NCBI GenBank assembly: GCA_027451365.1
Contig: DAIDJN010000040.1
Span: forward strand, 64,001 to 128,000
Length of the DNA stretch: 64,000 nt
Source: Phycisphaerales bacterium
GTDB lineage: Bacteria > Planctomycetota > Phycisphaerae > WQYP01
Direction: 5' to 3'
Shown: in pieces, positions 31,463 through 42,842 of the stretch
Numbering within the stretch: position 1 is the first letter of the stretch
Layout of the letters: each line of letters opens with the position of its first letter
Program-made: the position numbers and the translations under genes
Notes under the pieces: model-generated
Seen by the model: only the letters and a program-made list of their open reading frames with translations
What the model was told of the DNA's origin: nothing
Database searches by the model: none

Positions 31463-32497
31463 TCAGGCGCTTAACCAGGCGGCCAGCAGGTCGCGTGTTG
31501 CGTGCAGATCGTCCTTGTGGGTCATTTCCGTGACGGTGTGAATGTATCGCGTGGGAATACTGAGTGTAATGGTTTTCATGCCCGCGCCGCTGCGCTGCAT
31601 GGCGCCGGCGTCGGTGCCGCCCATGGGCAAAATTTCAAGCTGGTACTTTATTTTTTCATCGCGCGCAACTTTCACGAACTGATCCACAAGTCCATGATCG
31701 CTGATTGACGCGCCATCCATGACTTTAATTCCGACGCCTTCGCCGGCGCGGGTAACCGCCTGGTCGTCCGGTATGCCGGGTGTATCGCAAGCCAAGGTGG
31801 TATCCAGGGCGATGGAAATGTCCGGCTCCAGGCCAAAAGTGGCCGGCCCGGCACCGCGCAGACCGACTTCTTCCTGCACGGTAAATGCAACGGCGATTTG
31901 ATAGCGAGATTTCTTCACCCGCTGCATGGCCCGCACGGCGGCCCAGACGGCCGCACGGTTATCCATTGCCTGCCCGCACACAAAATCGCCTATCTGGCTG
32001 AACGGCTTGACCAGTGTCACCGGGTCGCCGACGCGAACCAGGTCGCGTACTTTTTTTGCGGCCAGACCGGTATCCACAACGAAATCACTTACCAGAAATA
32101 TCTTTTTCCGATCCTCTTCCGTGGCAATATGAATCGGCTTGCCGCCGGGGTTCAGCACGCCGGAAATATCTTTGCGGCCCTGTATCAGGACGGTGTTGGC
32201 CGCCAGATTTCGTGTATCAAACCCGCCCGCGTTGTGCACGCGAATGAAACCTTTGTCATCAATGTGCCGCACATAAAAGCCGATTTGGTCCATGTGGGCG
32301 GCGATCATCACGCGCGGCGGTTTTTCGCCGGCGGTGGCCTTTGTGGCATGACGCAGGCAGATCAGATTGCCCATCGCGTCGACACGGGTTTCATCAAACA
32401 GACCGGCGATTTCGTTCTGTACCACCGCCCGAACACGCTCTTCGCGGCCCGGCACGCCTGGTGTTTCCGTCAACAGTTTGAGAAATTCCACAGCCAT
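31463..32497 (-). CDS. M42 family metallopeptidase
   Basis: AAHMDQIG, MDNR, VQEEVGLRGA, GGTDAG, PTRYIHT. Confidence 0.92.
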   Translation of the reverse strand: MAVEFLKLLTETPGVPGREERVRAVVQNEIAGLFDETRVDAMGNLICLRHATKATAGEKPPRVMIAAHMDQIGFYVRHIDDKGFIRVHNAGGFDTRNLAANTVLIQGRKDISGVLNPGGKPIHIATEEDRKKIFLVSDFVVDTGLAAKKVRDLVRVGDPVTLVKPFSQIGDFVCGQAMDNRAAVWAAVRAMQRVKKSRYQIAVAFTVQEEVGLRGAGPATFGLEPDISIALDTTLACDTPGIPDDQAVTRAGEGVGIKVMDGASISDHGLVDQFVKVARDEKIKYQLEILPMGGTDAGAMQRSGAGMKTITLSIPTRYIHTVTEMTHKDDLHATRDLLAAWLSA

Positions 32498-32631
32498 GAC
32501 TCCTGCGCATTAGACCGCCTCCCCGCCGGCACCAATGCCGGACGGAAAAGACCGTTTGCCACAAGGGCATTATCGGGCCTGACGGGAAATTGGCAAACGG
32601 CTTGCGGCCGTGGTGGCGCTGGCGCGTCGGG

Positions 32632-33567
32632 TTAAAGTTTGACCGCGGCAATCAGATCTCGCACATGCTGCACGGATCCGTCAAACAGTCGCTTCTCATC
32701 AGTTGTGAGTTTGACTTCAAGAATCTGTTCAACGCCGCGGGTGCCGAGTTTCACCGGGACACCAACAAAATAGCCGCCGACGCCATATTCCTTATCGCAA
32801 TACGCGGCACAGGGCAGAACACGTTTTTTGTCGCGGATAATGGCTTCCGCCATTTGTACAGCCGCGGCGGACGGGGCGTAATAGGCCGACCCGGTTTTCA
32901 GGAGATTCATAATTTCGGCACCGCCGGCGCGGGTGCGCTTGACGATTGCCTCAATTTTTTCGGCGGACATAAGTTCCGGCAGCGGAATGCCGCCCACGCT
33001 GGTGTACCGCGGCAGGGGAACCATGTCATCACCGTGGCCGCCCATCAACAGTGCCTGTACATCTTCCACGCTTACGTCCAGTTCCGCCGCAATGAAGCTG
33101 CGGTAGCGGGCGGTATCCAGTACGCCGGCCATTCCGACCACGCGGTGCGCGGGAAAGCCGCTGGCTTTGTGTGCCACATAAACCATCGCATCCAGTGGAT
33201 TGGAAACCACCACCAGCACGCTGTTCGGAGAGGCCGCGGCGACCTGCTGGGCCACTGATTTTACAATTTCCGTGTTTTTCGGGAGCAGGTCGTCGCGGCT
33301 CATTCCCGGTTTGCGGGCCAAACCTGCCGTGATAATGACCACATCGCTGTCACGCGTGGCGTCATAGCTCGTGGCACCGGTAATGCGGGCATCATAATCT
33401 TCAATCGGGGCGGCCTCGGCCAAGTCCAGGGCTTTTCCCTGTGGCACGCCATCAATCTGCGGTATATCCACCAGAACCACATCGCCAAGTTCCTTGGCCG
33501 CGGCCCAGTGTGCGCTGGTTGCACCCACATTGCCGGCCCCAATAATGCTGATCTTCGCTCTTTTCAT
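32632..33567 (-). CDS. mdh: Malate dehydrogenase (LDH-like)
   Basis: [45 protein letters not shown]. Confidence 0.96.
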   Translation of the reverse strand: MKRAKISIIGAGNVGATSAHWAAAKELGDVVLVDIPQIDGVPQGKALDLAEAAPIEDYDARITGATSYDATRDSDVVIITAGLARKPGMSRDDLLPKNTEIVKSVAQQVAAASPNSVLVVVSNPLDAMVYVAHKASGFPAHRVVGMAGVLDTARYRSFIAAELDVSVEDVQALLMGGHGDDMVPLPRYTSVGGIPLPELMSAEKIEAIVKRTRAGGAEIMNLLKTGSAYYAPSAAAVQMAEAIIRDKKRVLPCAAYCDKEYGVGGYFVGVPVKLGTRGVEQILEVKLTTDEKRLFDGSVQHVRDLIAAVKL

Positions 33568-33745
33568 ATTCCGACCTTTCATTGGTTGAATTCGCAGCTT
33601 GTTTCCAGCGGCAAACCAGTGTCACCGCACGGGAATGTTGTAAGCTATCCGCAGCCGGCGTGCAATCCTTCAATCCGGGAATGTCGAATGTCGCCAATCT
33701 GGCGCGGCGATTCATATTTATTGCTTCCGATGGTACATTAACGGA

Positions 33746-34885
33746 ATGATGCGCGGTGCTGAAAAGACAACTCCTGCCTCCGGCCAGCCGGGCGTGCAAG
33801 TCGCGGTACTTCCCGTGGCCCGTCGGCCATGTCGAATCGGCCCATTTGACCTGGCAATTCCGGCCATGCAGGCGGGACTGGCTGGTTATAGCGATATGGC
33901 CATGCGCGTGGTCGCCCGCAGGCGGGGCTGTCCCTATGCGGTCACCGAAGCATTGCTGGACCGCGTCCTGCTCAAGGGCGGTCGTGGTCTGGAAAAAGGG
34001 GCGATTCTCTGCGATGCCGACCACCCGGTCGCGGGCCAGCTTATGGGCAGCGAAGCGGATGAACTGGCCGCGGCGGCCGGAATTCTATTGGACGCGGGCT
34101 TTGACGCTATCGATTTGAATTTCGCCTGCCCAGTCCGCAAGGTAATGGGCCGGTGCCGGGGCGGGTATCTGCTCAGTGACCCGGAACAGGCCATCCAAAT
34201 AATGCGCCGCGTTCGCGATAAAGTGTCCGGTCCGCTGACCATTAAACTGCGGCGGGCATTGGATGAATCCGCGCAGGCGGCGGACTGGTTTGCCATGATT
34301 TTTTCGGAAGCTGTGAAGCTGCAATTCGCAGCCATTGCCGTTCATGGCCGCACGGTGGAACAGAAATATACCGGCAGGGCGAATTGGGAATTCCTGCGAC
34401 AGTTGAAGGCGGGGAATCCCGAAACAGTGATTTTCGGCAGCGGGGATGTGTTTTCGGCCCAGGATGCCCTTGGCATGTATCAGCAGACCGGCCTGGATGG
34501 TATCTGGGTGGCGCGTGGGGCAATCGGCAACCCGTGGATATTTTCCGAATTTGCCGCGCTGGTGCAGGGTAAGCCGCTGCCCGACCCGCCGACCCTTCTG
34601 GCACAAAAAGAGGCGCTCCTGGAGCATTTCGGTCTGGCGGTAGAGATTTACGGCGAGGAATCCGCGTCGCGGCAGATGCGAAAAATCGGCATTAAATATT
34701 CACGGTTGCATCCGGCCGGAGCCGAAGTATGGCGGCGATTCATCGCCGTGCGTTCCCATGCCGACTGGCTGGCGGTGCTGGATGAATTCTACGGCACTGA
34801 CGGCCCGGGCCAGCGGACCGCCAGCGTGGCCGATGCGCAGGATTTATACAAGGATTGCGCAGCCGGCGCGGGGGTTTTGTCTTGA
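33746..34885 (+). CDS. dusB: tRNA-dihydrouridine synthase (DusB-like)
   Basis: IDLNFACP, VHGRT, GSGD, VARGAIGNPWIF, MRK. Confidence 0.85.
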   Translation: MMRGAEKTTPASGQPGVQVAVLPVARRPCRIGPFDLAIPAMQAGLAGYSDMAMRVVARRRGCPYAVTEALLDRVLLKGGRGLEKGAILCDADHPVAGQLMGSEADELAAAAGILLDAGFDAIDLNFACPVRKVMGRCRGGYLLSDPEQAIQIMRRVRDKVSGPLTIKLRRALDESAQAADWFAMIFSEAVKLQFAAIAVHGRTVEQKYTGRANWEFLRQLKAGNPETVIFGSGDVFSAQDALGMYQQTGLDGIWVARGAIGNPWIFSEFAALVQGKPLPDPPTLLAQKEALLEHFGLAVEIYGEESASRQMRKIGIKYSRLHPAGAEVWRRFIAVRSHADWLAVLDEFYGTDGPGQRTASVADAQDLYKDCAAGAGVLS

Positions 34886-35940
34886 ATTCTGAACCTATTG
34901 AGTTAAAAGAGAATGCACATATATTGATTGTAAAACCAAGTTCCCTGGGGGATATTGCCACCGCCCTTCCGCTGCTGTGCGACATCAAGGCCCGGTTTCC
35001 CGAAAGCCGAGTGGACTGGCTGGTTCAGCCGGTGTTTGCGGACCTGGTCCGCGGCCATGATGCCATCAACCGGGTTATTCTTTTTGATCGGGCGAAAATT
35101 TCCCGCTGCTGGCGCTCCGTTGACGGGCACATCGAATTTCGCGGGCTGTATCGCCAGCTTCGCCAGACGCCCTACCAACTGGCGATCGACGCCCAGGGGT
35201 TGTTCCGATCCAGTCTGCTATGCCGGTTAAGCGGTGCCCCCCAGCGCATCGGCTTTGCCGATGCACGCGAAGGGGCGACGCGATTTTACACCCATCGGGT
35301 CGACATATCCCGTGATCGGGAACTTGCCGTGGTGCGAATGCGGCACCTGTTTTCGCCGCTGGGAACACCCCCTGCGCGGGCGGAATTCCGTATGCCGGTG
35401 CGGCCCGCGGCGCGTGATAAAATCAGGTTTCTTCTGCCAGTTGGCCGTCGCATTGCCGTGGTTATTCCCGGCGCGCGGTGGCACGCAAAAAGGTGGTCGG
35501 AATTGGGCTATGTGGAAATTGTCCGCAAGCTGGAAGCCGCCGGCCTTTTTGTGGTGGTGACCGGCAGCCCGACGGAAAAAGACCTCTGTGCGCAGGTTGC
35601 CGCCGGCGGGGCAGCAACTCTGAATCTGGCCGGAGAGTCAAGCCTGGCGGAAATGGTGGCCCTTATCGCTGCGGCAAATATTCTGGTTGGCAACGACAGC
35701 GGGCCACTGCATGTGGCCGCAGCGCTGGGCACACCGCTGGTGGGACTGTATGGTCCGACGGATCCGGCTTCCGTCGGTCCTTATGGCCAGATGGACCATG
35801 TCCTGCGGTTTGATGACATTGGCGACTATCGCGACAACACGCTGGACCGCAGCCAATCATTAAAACGCCTGCCCGTTGAAACCGTGTGGAATCTGGTCTG
35901 GGCATTGCTGACCGCTGGCAATTCGACGGAGCAATTATGA
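34882..35940 (+). CDS. GT9 LPS heptosyltransferase (WaaC/WaaF-like)
   Basis: KPSSLGD, IDAQGLFRS, PGARWHAKRW, GNDSGPLHVAAA, LYGPT. TTGA overlap with dusB. Confidence 0.88.
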   Translation: MNSEPIELKENAHILIVKPSSLGDIATALPLLCDIKARFPESRVDWLVQPVFADLVRGHDAINRVILFDRAKISRCWRSVDGHIEFRGLYRQLRQTPYQLAIDAQGLFRSSLLCRLSGAPQRIGFADAREGATRFYTHRVDISRDRELAVVRMRHLFSPLGTPPARAEFRMPVRPAARDKIRFLLPVGRRIAVVIPGARWHAKRWSELGYVEIVRKLEAAGLFVVVTGSPTEKDLCAQVAAGGAATLNLAGESSLAEMVALIAAANILVGNDSGPLHVAAALGTPLVGLYGPTDPASVGPYGQMDHVLRFDDIGDYRDNTLDRSQSLKRLPVETVWNLVWALLTAGNSTEQL

Positions 35941-36614
35941 AACACCAATCGCAGACGCGGGTCAGTCATCCGGGTGGGGTAACACGTGTGGCGTTGACAT
36001 GCCCATTGGTGCTGGCCAGCGCATCGCCACGACGCGCAGACCTGCTTGAGCGCGCAGGTTATCGTTTTTCTGTGATCGCCAGTCCCGTGTCAGAGCCGGC
36101 GAGGCGACCTTCCAGCGTACCGCTGCGACTGTGGCCGGCCTGCGTGGCCGGTATAAAGGCCCAAGCCGTCGCTGCAAAATTAAAATCGCATACCTTGGTC
36201 ATTGGTGCGGACACCATTGTGACACTCGGCGGGCAGATTATTAACAAGGCCCGGAATCGGCATCACGCCAGGGAAATCCTTTTGCGACTTTCCGGACGGG
36301 AGCATCAGATATTAACCGGATTGGCGCTGTTTTCCGACGGCCATTGCCGCTTCGCGACCGCGGTTTCAATCTGCCGCATGAAAAAACTTTCCCGAACATG
36401 GCTGAATGCCTATCTGGATTCCGGCCTGTGGCGCGGCAAAGCTGGCGCGTATGGCATTCAGGACGATCTTGCCAATGGGGCCGGCGGCAAAGATCCGATC
36501 ATCAGACTTTTGCATGGCGAATGGTCCAATGTAGTCGGCCTTCCCATGAATCTGCTGGCACAGGAAATGGCTCTGATGAAACAGGACATTCAAGACAAGG
36601 ATGCCAAATTATGA
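35937..36614 (+). CDS. maf: Maf family nucleoside triphosphate pyrophosphatase
   Basis: [40 protein letters not shown]. Confidence 0.92.
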   Translation: MKHQSQTRVSHPGGVTRVALTCPLVLASASPRRADLLERAGYRFSVIASPVSEPARRPSSVPLRLWPACVAGIKAQAVAAKLKSHTLVIGADTIVTLGGQIINKARNRHHAREILLRLSGREHQILTGLALFSDGHCRFATAVSICRMKKLSRTWLNAYLDSGLWRGKAGAYGIQDDLANGAGGKDPIIRLLHGEWSNVVGLPMNLLAQEMALMKQDIQDKDAKL

Positions 36615-36925
36615 TTCGCAAAGCATTTATCATGGCGGTTCACCCTGAAGCGCACATGGAGTACCAGCGGCGGCATAATCCGGTCTGGCAGGAGCTTCTG
36701 GACACGCTTAAAAACCATGGCGTGCATAATTATTCCATTTTTCTGGACGCCCGCACCAGCTCGCTCTTCGGCTATGTGGAAATTGAGGATGAAAGCCGCT
36801 GGCGGGCGATTGCCGCCACGCCGGTCTGTCAACGCTGGTGGAAGCAAATGGCGGACATTATGCCGCATCACACCGATAACAGCCCGGTTTCGACCGAGCT
36901 TAAAGAAGTGTTTCATCTGGATTGA
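36611..36925 (+). CDS. rhaM: L-rhamnose mutarotase
   Basis: [41 protein letters not shown]. Confidence 0.93.
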   Translation: MIRKAFIMAVHPEAHMEYQRRHNPVWQELLDTLKNHGVHNYSIFLDARTSSLFGYVEIEDESRWRAIAATPVCQRWWKQMADIMPHHTDNSPVSTELKEVFHLD

Positions 36926-36939
36926 TCCGGCAGGCGTCG

Positions 36940-37695
36940 CTATGCCGTGCGCAAATCGTCCATAACGATTCCGGCCAGGCCTTCTTTTCCTTCCGCGGTC
37001 AGCCAGACTCGCGAGACATCCGCATTGGCATCAAGCCAGCTGAGTTGTCGCAAGTAAATCAGGGCGGTTTGCAGGCGAGCTTGATCGCTTTCTATGCTGG
37101 TGATCAGATCTGCCACCAGCGAGCCGCGGCTGCGGCCGGAAAGTTGAATCAGAATATTGGCCGCGGTCAGTTTATCCACCGCCCGGGTTAAATGATCCAG
37201 CAGTTCTTTCTGTGGCCATGCCCGGACAACCATTTTTGGGCCAATCAGCAGGGGCCGCACAAACCATTTGTCCGCGGGAATATCATTCATGTCGCCAAGC
37301 TGCATTCCCAGGAACCCCATGCTGGTCAGATCGGTTGCGGTCTGGCTGACGGATGTAATCTGTTTGCCTTCGTTGTCTGTGCGTATTAATTCCGCTTCCG
37401 GAGTGACATTGTATTTTTCCCGCAGATACATCAGCGGCAGCAGAATCGCGGAAAACAACAGCACAAAAAAAAGCCACCAGATATGGGGCCACCCATGATA
37501 ACCCCAGGTTAGAACATTATTGGCAAAATAAAACAGCGTGCCTAACACCACCGGGCCGAGAAAAGACAAGGGTATTCCCGCGCCCAGAAGAATCATGATC
37601 TGGGTGCGTATCGCCTTGTGGCGGCTTTCCATGGCCGTAAGAACGATCGGTACCGCGGAATGCACGGATGCTGAAACTGGCACATTGTCGGTCAT
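36940..37695 (-). CDS. Hypothetical membrane protein (2 TM + possible C-terminal winged helix)
   Basis: Two hydrophobic segments; C-terminal LIYLRQLSWLD...VWLTAEG. Confidence 0.65.
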   Translation of the reverse strand: MTDNVPVSASVHSAVPIVLTAMESRHKAIRTQIMILLGAGIPLSFLGPVVLGTLFYFANNVLTWGYHGWPHIWWLFFVLLFSAILLPLMYLREKYNVTPEAELIRTDNEGKQITSVSQTATDLTSMGFLGMQLGDMNDIPADKWFVRPLLIGPKMVVRAWPQKELLDHLTRAVDKLTAANILIQLSGRSRGSLVADLITSIESDQARLQTALIYLRQLSWLDANADVSRVWLTAEGKEGLAGIVMDDLRTA

Positions 37696-37739
37696 GAAAT
37701 CACACTATCTGTGGTATCGAGTTCCGTTGAAGCCTTCAG

Positions 37740-38870
37740 TTACAGCTTAGGCCGGGCCGACAGGCGTGCACGTCCCGCGGCTATCAGCACTGCGGCGGTC
37801 ATGAAAATCGCCAGGCTCTCCGGTTCGGGTGTAGGAATGCCGAAAGCATTTAATGTGTCATTGGCGGCTGCGGCGGCCAAATAAGAATCGGCAGCGGTGG
37901 TTGGGTGCAATCCGTCCCAGAACAGATACTGGTCCGGATTGACCGACTTGCCCTGTGCGGGCGCAGTCAAATTCGTAAAGCCATATGCGGCAGGATCGGC
38001 GGTCAAACTTGCAAAAAGTGCGTTGACATCCACCTGAATAATTTTAATTCCCGGCGACGCGGTTTCCAACGTAGAAATATCGGCGGCCTGCTGGGTGTTA
38101 TAGGTGTTTGTGGCACTCGCGATGGCTGCAGAAAGCGGTGATCCCGCGCCTTGCGGCGTGGCGGCCAGCGGCGGCAGGTTAAACCACAGGAAATACTTTC
38201 CGCCGCGACTCGTCAAGTCTGAAATGTAGCCGGCAATATTATTCGCCGCCGTGGTGCCCGCGGTTATAACCGAGGCCGCGGTGGCGCCGGTTGTTGACGC
38301 GGCGTTCAGAATATCATTGGCGCCGCCCCAGAAGGCATATAACGAATTGGCACTGATCGATGTGCCGGGGGAAAATTGTGATTCAAATGCGGAAACTTCC
38401 GTGCTCATTCCAGCCTGAAACTGTCCTGCGGAAGTATTCACGACAGTGTTCCCGGTGACCGCACCGGCTACCGCAAAATTCGTTCCGCCGGGATTAAGCG
38501 AATAGCCGCCGGTGAACAGGTAGTCGGCCAGAAAACCAGTGGACATGGCAGGAACCGGACTTGGTAGCCCCAGGTCGGTGGTGAATTGCTGATCCCATAG
38601 CCCAAGTTTAGTGGTGGATGGTGATGTGTTGGCCCCATCGGTAAATTCGCCCGGCGCATAATTTGGTGGTGCAGGAATATAAGAGCTGTAGCTTGGATAA
38701 TTGGCCAGCAGATTTGCCAGGTTGCCCGTATCGGAAAGGCTGTCGCCGAAGACCACCATCTGATTCACCGGCAAAATCGGAGCGGCCGCAGCCTGTATGG
38801 GCGAGGCAACCGCCGCGCTAACCACCGCGATTGCGGCCAGAGTCATAAGTTTCAGGTGTCGTGGTTTCAT
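37740..38870 (-). CDS. Secreted SGNH/GDSL esterase-lipase with PEP-CTERM-like tail
   Basis: Signal peptide; FGDSLSD, NFAVAGA, GGAND, FWDGLHPT; C-terminal TPEP-hydrophobic-basic tail. Confidence 0.9.
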   Translation of the reverse strand: MKPRHLKLMTLAAIAVVSAAVASPIQAAAAPILPVNQMVVFGDSLSDTGNLANLLANYPSYSSYIPAPPNYAPGEFTDGANTSPSTTKLGLWDQQFTTDLGLPSPVPAMSTGFLADYLFTGGYSLNPGGTNFAVAGAVTGNTVVNTSAGQFQAGMSTEVSAFESQFSPGTSISANSLYAFWGGANDILNAASTTGATAASVITAGTTAANNIAGYISDLTSRGGKYFLWFNLPPLAATPQGAGSPLSAAIASATNTYNTQQAADISTLETASPGIKIIQVDVNALFASLTADPAAYGFTNLTAPAQGKSVNPDQYLFWDGLHPTTAADSYLAAAAANDTLNAFGIPTPEPESLAIFMTAAVLIAAGRARLSARPKL

Positions 38871-39310
38871 ATCGGCATGTCCTCGGGTTGTCTACCGGTT
38901 TTGTATTCAGCTAGGCTATCGTAGCCGTTGCCCCAGCCCCAGACAAGACACCCGCCCCTGAAGAACTGGGCTGGCGCAATCGATTTTTCCGGTGGATTGC
39001 AAATCGCCCAAAGATCGCGGCTGATTTCAATGGATTGCGTTCGACGATTGGCCAGCCACAGTCAATTTCAACGAACCGTTCCGCAGGCTTTTGGCAAATT
39101 TCCACAGAATTTGGAGCAGCGTAATTCTTGCCCGACGAGCCGTAAAATTGAATGCGCCAGCCATAGCAAATATACTCGCCGATGACGGCCTGCAATTGCG
39201 GGCTCTGTGGCAGAATGGGCCGGGTCAATGCCTATCCGCCTGGAGATTAAAAATCCGCAACGGAGAAATCCGATTTGGAACCAGAGCCGCATGGTAGAGT
39301 AGCCGTGGCT

Positions 39311-42300
39311 ATGCAGAACGCCCTGCACCCTTCCCAGGCCGCGCCTGCGCGTCAGGTCGGCTTGCCGATCGCGATTGAATCGCCGGCAACGGTTTCCGAA
39401 CCTGATGCGGTCACGATAGCCGCGGACTTGCTTCGACTACATGCTGGCGAACTGTATGCCGACGCCCATCATCGTATGCTGTATTCCACAGATGCTTCTT
39501 TGTATCAGGTCCAGCCGCTGGGCGTGGTGATGCCAAAGGATACGGCGGCCGTCGAAACCATTGTGGATTACTGCGCGCGGCGGCACATTGCGATTCTGCC
39601 CCGCGGCGGGGGCACCAGTCTGGCCGGCCAGTGTACCAATCGGGCGCTGGTCGTGGATATGACACCCCATTTCCGCAGAATTATGTCTGTCGATGTGGCA
39701 GGACGGACCTGCCTGGTGGAACCGGGCATCGGTATTGATGAACTTAATCAGCAGCTTGAGGCGGGTCGCACGGGACTGTTTTTTGCACCCGATCCGGCCA
39801 CTCTGGCCCAGGCCAGTGTCGGCGGTTGCATTGGCAATAACGCCGCGGGGGCAAGGTCTATTCGCTACGGCCGCACCAGTGAAAACCTGGAAGGTTTGGA
39901 GGTTATTTTGTCCGCCCGTGGACGGATATGGCTGAAGGCCGGTGCGGGCGCCGCATCGGCGATGGCAGCCGATCTTTCCCGTCGTGTGGCGCGGGTGGTA
40001 CGCGACCATGCGCGTGATATTCGCCAGCGGTATCCGAAATTAATCCGCCGCAATGCGGGCTACGCGCTGGACAGTATTCTGGCTCAGCTTGATGCGTGCG
40101 TTCCGGATGACCAGTTGAATCTTGCAGGATTGATCTGCGGAAGTGAAGGCACGCTGGCGATGATTACCGCCGCCCGTCTGAAACTTTGTCCCGTACCGGT
40201 GGCGCGCGGTTTGGCGGTCGCCGCATTTGCCGATGTGGAGGCGGCCATTGCGGCAGTGGAACCGATTTTGGAAACGCAGCCCAGCGCGGTGGAACTGCTG
40301 GATGACGCGGTCATTCTGGCTGCCGCCGGCAACACCACCTGCAAGCCGTATCTGGACCGGCTTCCGCTTGCCGGCAAAGGCATGCCGCACGCTGTTCTTT
40401 ATGTGGAATATGAAGCAATTGAAACCGCCAGCGAACTTGACCGGCGATTTAAGGAACTAACCGGGCTGCTGGGAGCGGCTGGCGTTAAGACGTATACCGG
40501 TGCCCGCGAAATGGCGGATGCGTGGGCACTCCGGCGATCCAGTGAAGCGCTGTTGCATGGCCTGCCGGGAAATCGCAAGCCTGTCACGTTTGTGGAGGAT
40601 AATTCCGTTCCCGTTGGGCGACTTGGTGAATTTGTGCGGGAATTCAAAAATATTGTGAGGCGGCACGGAACCCAGGCCGCGTTTTATGCCCATGCCTCTG
40701 TCGGGGTGTTGCACATCCGTCCCATGCTGGACCTGCACAGCGATCGGGACCGCGAAAAAATGCGGGCAATTGCCATTGAGGCCGCGGCGTTGGCGAAAAA
40801 CTGCGGCGGAGTTATGTCCGGTGAACATGGCGACGGCCGCGCTCGCGGGCCGCTGCTGGAAACGTTTTACGGGCCGGAACTGATACGGGCTTTTAAACAG
40901 ATCAAGGAAATTTTTGATCCTGCTGGCATTTTTAATCCAGGTATGATTGTCGATACGTTACCGTTGGAAGGAATGACTTCGCACTTGCGTGTGGACGCAC
41001 AACCCGGGATGGATAACCTTGCAAAAATTCCGACTTTTTACCGTTATCCGGGCGAACACGGCTTTGCGCAGGCTGTTGAACTCTGCAATGGCGCCGGATT
41101 CTGCCGCAGACGATCGGGTGGAACCATGTGTCCATCCTATCGAGCGACATTGGATGAACGGCATTCCACGCGCGGCAGAGCCAATGCCATTCGCATGGCG
41201 GTCGCCGGTAACGACACGCCTGGCCGGCATCCGAACTGGCATGACTTACCGACACTGGCCACACTCGACCTTTGCCTTGGCTGCAAGGCCTGCCGTACCG
41301 AATGCCCCAGCAGTGTGGATATTGCGCAGTTAAAGGCGGAATATTTGGCGCAGCATTACCGCGGTGGTGACCCATCCGCCGAAGCGCTGTTGCTGGCTAA
41401 TTATCGTCTTTTCGCCCGCATGGGGGCCGCACTGCCGACTGTCGTGAACCGTCTGTCCGCGACCGCGCCAGTGCGCAGATTCCTGACGCGGCGGGGGGGT
41501 ATGGCGCCGCAGCGGACATTACCGCGGTTTTCCCGATCGCTTTTTCAACTTGCAAATCGGCAACGGCGCCGGTTTTCTGACCAGAGTCCGGCGGACGAAC
41601 GCCGCATTGTATTTTTTGGCGACTGCTTCACGGCGTATCACGATTCGGGGCTGGGACTGGCGGCGATTCGGGTCATTGAAAAACTAGGCTATCGGCTGCA
41701 CCTGGCGAATGCCGGCTGTTGCGGCCGGGTCCTGATTTCCAACGGCCTTCTGGAACAGGCTGTGGCGACCATCGGACCGACATTGTCGTTTCTGGCTGCT
41801 ATGGCCGCCGATTCGCGCGTGGAGGCGATTCTGGTTTCCGAACCATCGTGCTTCAGCGCCATGGTCGACGATTGGCGCAAACTGCGTCACATCGGGCCGC
41901 CTGGAACGCTTGATGCGGTTCTGGAAAAACTTATGTGCGTGGAGGATTTTGTACAGCGGAACTGGAATCGGCATCCGAGGCCGCCAGCCTTGCGCGGCCG
42001 CGGCGCGCCGGCGCTGTTCCATGGACATTGCCATCAGAAAGCATTGTGGGGTATTGGAGAAACCGTCGAGTTGCTGACCCGCGTGTGCGGCGACGGACTG
42101 GTGACGCTGCCCACCGGCTGCTGCGGCATGGCCGGTGCCTTCGGCTACCGTCAAGAGCATTATGATGTATCCATGAACATATTTGCACAGTGTGAATTTG
42201 ATCCGATCCGTCAGGCCGGCCCGCAGACGCTGCTTCTGGCCAGTGGAATCAGTTGCCGCGACCAAATTCGCCACGCCACCGGGCGGCAGGCTATTCACCC

Positions 42301-42349
42301 GATTCAACTTCTGGATCAGATGTTGACAGATAATATGCCGGCAAGCTGA
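39311..42349 (+). CDS. FAD-binding / Fe-S oxidoreductase (YdiJ-like GlcD-GlcF fusion)
   Basis: YSTDAS, PRGGGTSLAGQ, GSEGTL, GEHGDG, CNGAGFC..MCPS, CLGCKACRTECP, two CCG motifs. Confidence 0.9.
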   Translation: MQNALHPSQAAPARQVGLPIAIESPATVSEPDAVTIAADLLRLHAGELYADAHHRMLYSTDASLYQVQPLGVVMPKDTAAVETIVDYCARRHIAILPRGGGTSLAGQCTNRALVVDMTPHFRRIMSVDVAGRTCLVEPGIGIDELNQQLEAGRTGLFFAPDPATLAQASVGGCIGNNAAGARSIRYGRTSENLEGLEVILSARGRIWLKAGAGAASAMAADLSRRVARVVRDHARDIRQRYPKLIRRNAGYALDSILAQLDACVPDDQLNLAGLICGSEGTLAMITAARLKLCPVPVARGLAVAAFADVEAAIAAVEPILETQPSAVELLDDAVILAAAGNTTCKPYLDRLPLAGKGMPHAVLYVEYEAIETASELDRRFKELTGLLGAAGVKTYTGAREMADAWALRRSSEALLHGLPGNRKPVTFVEDNSVPVGRLGEFVREFKNIVRRHGTQAAFYAHASVGVLHIRPMLDLHSDRDREKMRAIAIEAAALAKNCGGVMSGEHGDGRARGPLLETFYGPELIRAFKQIKEIFDPAGIFNPGMIVDTLPLEGMTSHLRVDAQPGMDNLAKIPTFYRYPGEHGFAQAVELCNGAGFCRRRSGGTMCPSYRATLDERHSTRGRANAIRMAVAGNDTPGRHPNWHDLPTLATLDLCLGCKACRTECPSSVDIAQLKAEYLAQHYRGGDPSAEALLLANYRLFARMGAALPTVVNRLSATAPVRRFLTRRGGMAPQRTLPRFSRSLFQLANRQRRRFSDQSPADERRIVFFGDCFTAYHDSGLGLAAIRVIEKLGYRLHLANAGCCGRVLISNGLLEQAVATIGPTLSFLAAMAADSRVEAILVSEPSCFSAMVDDWRKLRHIGPPGTLDAVLEKLMCVEDFVQRNWNRHPRPPALRGRGAPALFHGHCHQKALWGIGETVELLTRVCGDGLVTLPTGCCGMAGAFGYRQEHYDVSMNIFAQCEFDPIRQAGPQTLLLASGISCRDQIRHATGRQAIHPIQLLDQMLTDNMPAS

Positions 42350-42558
42350 TGGAAAACAGAGGCGATGATTTGTGGACCTTCCGCGACGGGGCGGTGCCCT
42401 GCAACTGCCTGCCGGCGGGTATTGCGGCGATACTCATTGTAGAAGAAATATTGCGAGCGGTGAGTTGGCCGGAGTCAGCCCAGATGGTATGATAATCTCT
42501 CCAAACCGCGCCAATGCCGCAGCAATTAGGGCATTTGCGGGGAAAAGCGATACTTGCC

Positions 42559-42630
42559 GCCGACGTAGCTCAATGGCAGAGCAACGGTTTTGTAAACCGT
42601 AGGTTGCGCGTTCGACTCGCGCCGTCGGCT
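42559..42630 (+). tRNA. tRNA-Thr(TGT), CCA not encoded
   Basis: Acceptor GCCGACG/CGTCGGC, D arm GCTC/GAGC, anticodon arm ACGGT-TTTGTAA-ACCGT, T arm GCGCG-TTCGACT-CGCGC. Confidence 0.96.
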
Positions 42631-42842
42631 TGTCACCTTTAACCGGTAAAAAGTTATACTTTGCGCTGCCCCTTCCGGAGTGGAATGAATTCGCACTTGG
42701 CGAGGTGGGCGGGCCGCTGCTTTCATTCTGGCTCAAAGCCGGTCAGGATACAACAAATCTGTTGGCCGAATGAAAGGATTGCGATTGCGATTCAGAGTGT
42801 TTTTTAACCAAAGCGTGCGAACCTAAGGAATAGAGAGGTTGA

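Noticed and set aside
32590..33258. 222-aa ORF on the + strand
   Set aside because: Antisense shadow of mdh.
42559..42630. tRNA-Thr as an integration site for an island
   Set aside because: No integrase nearby and I saw no duplicate of the tRNA 3' end in the window.
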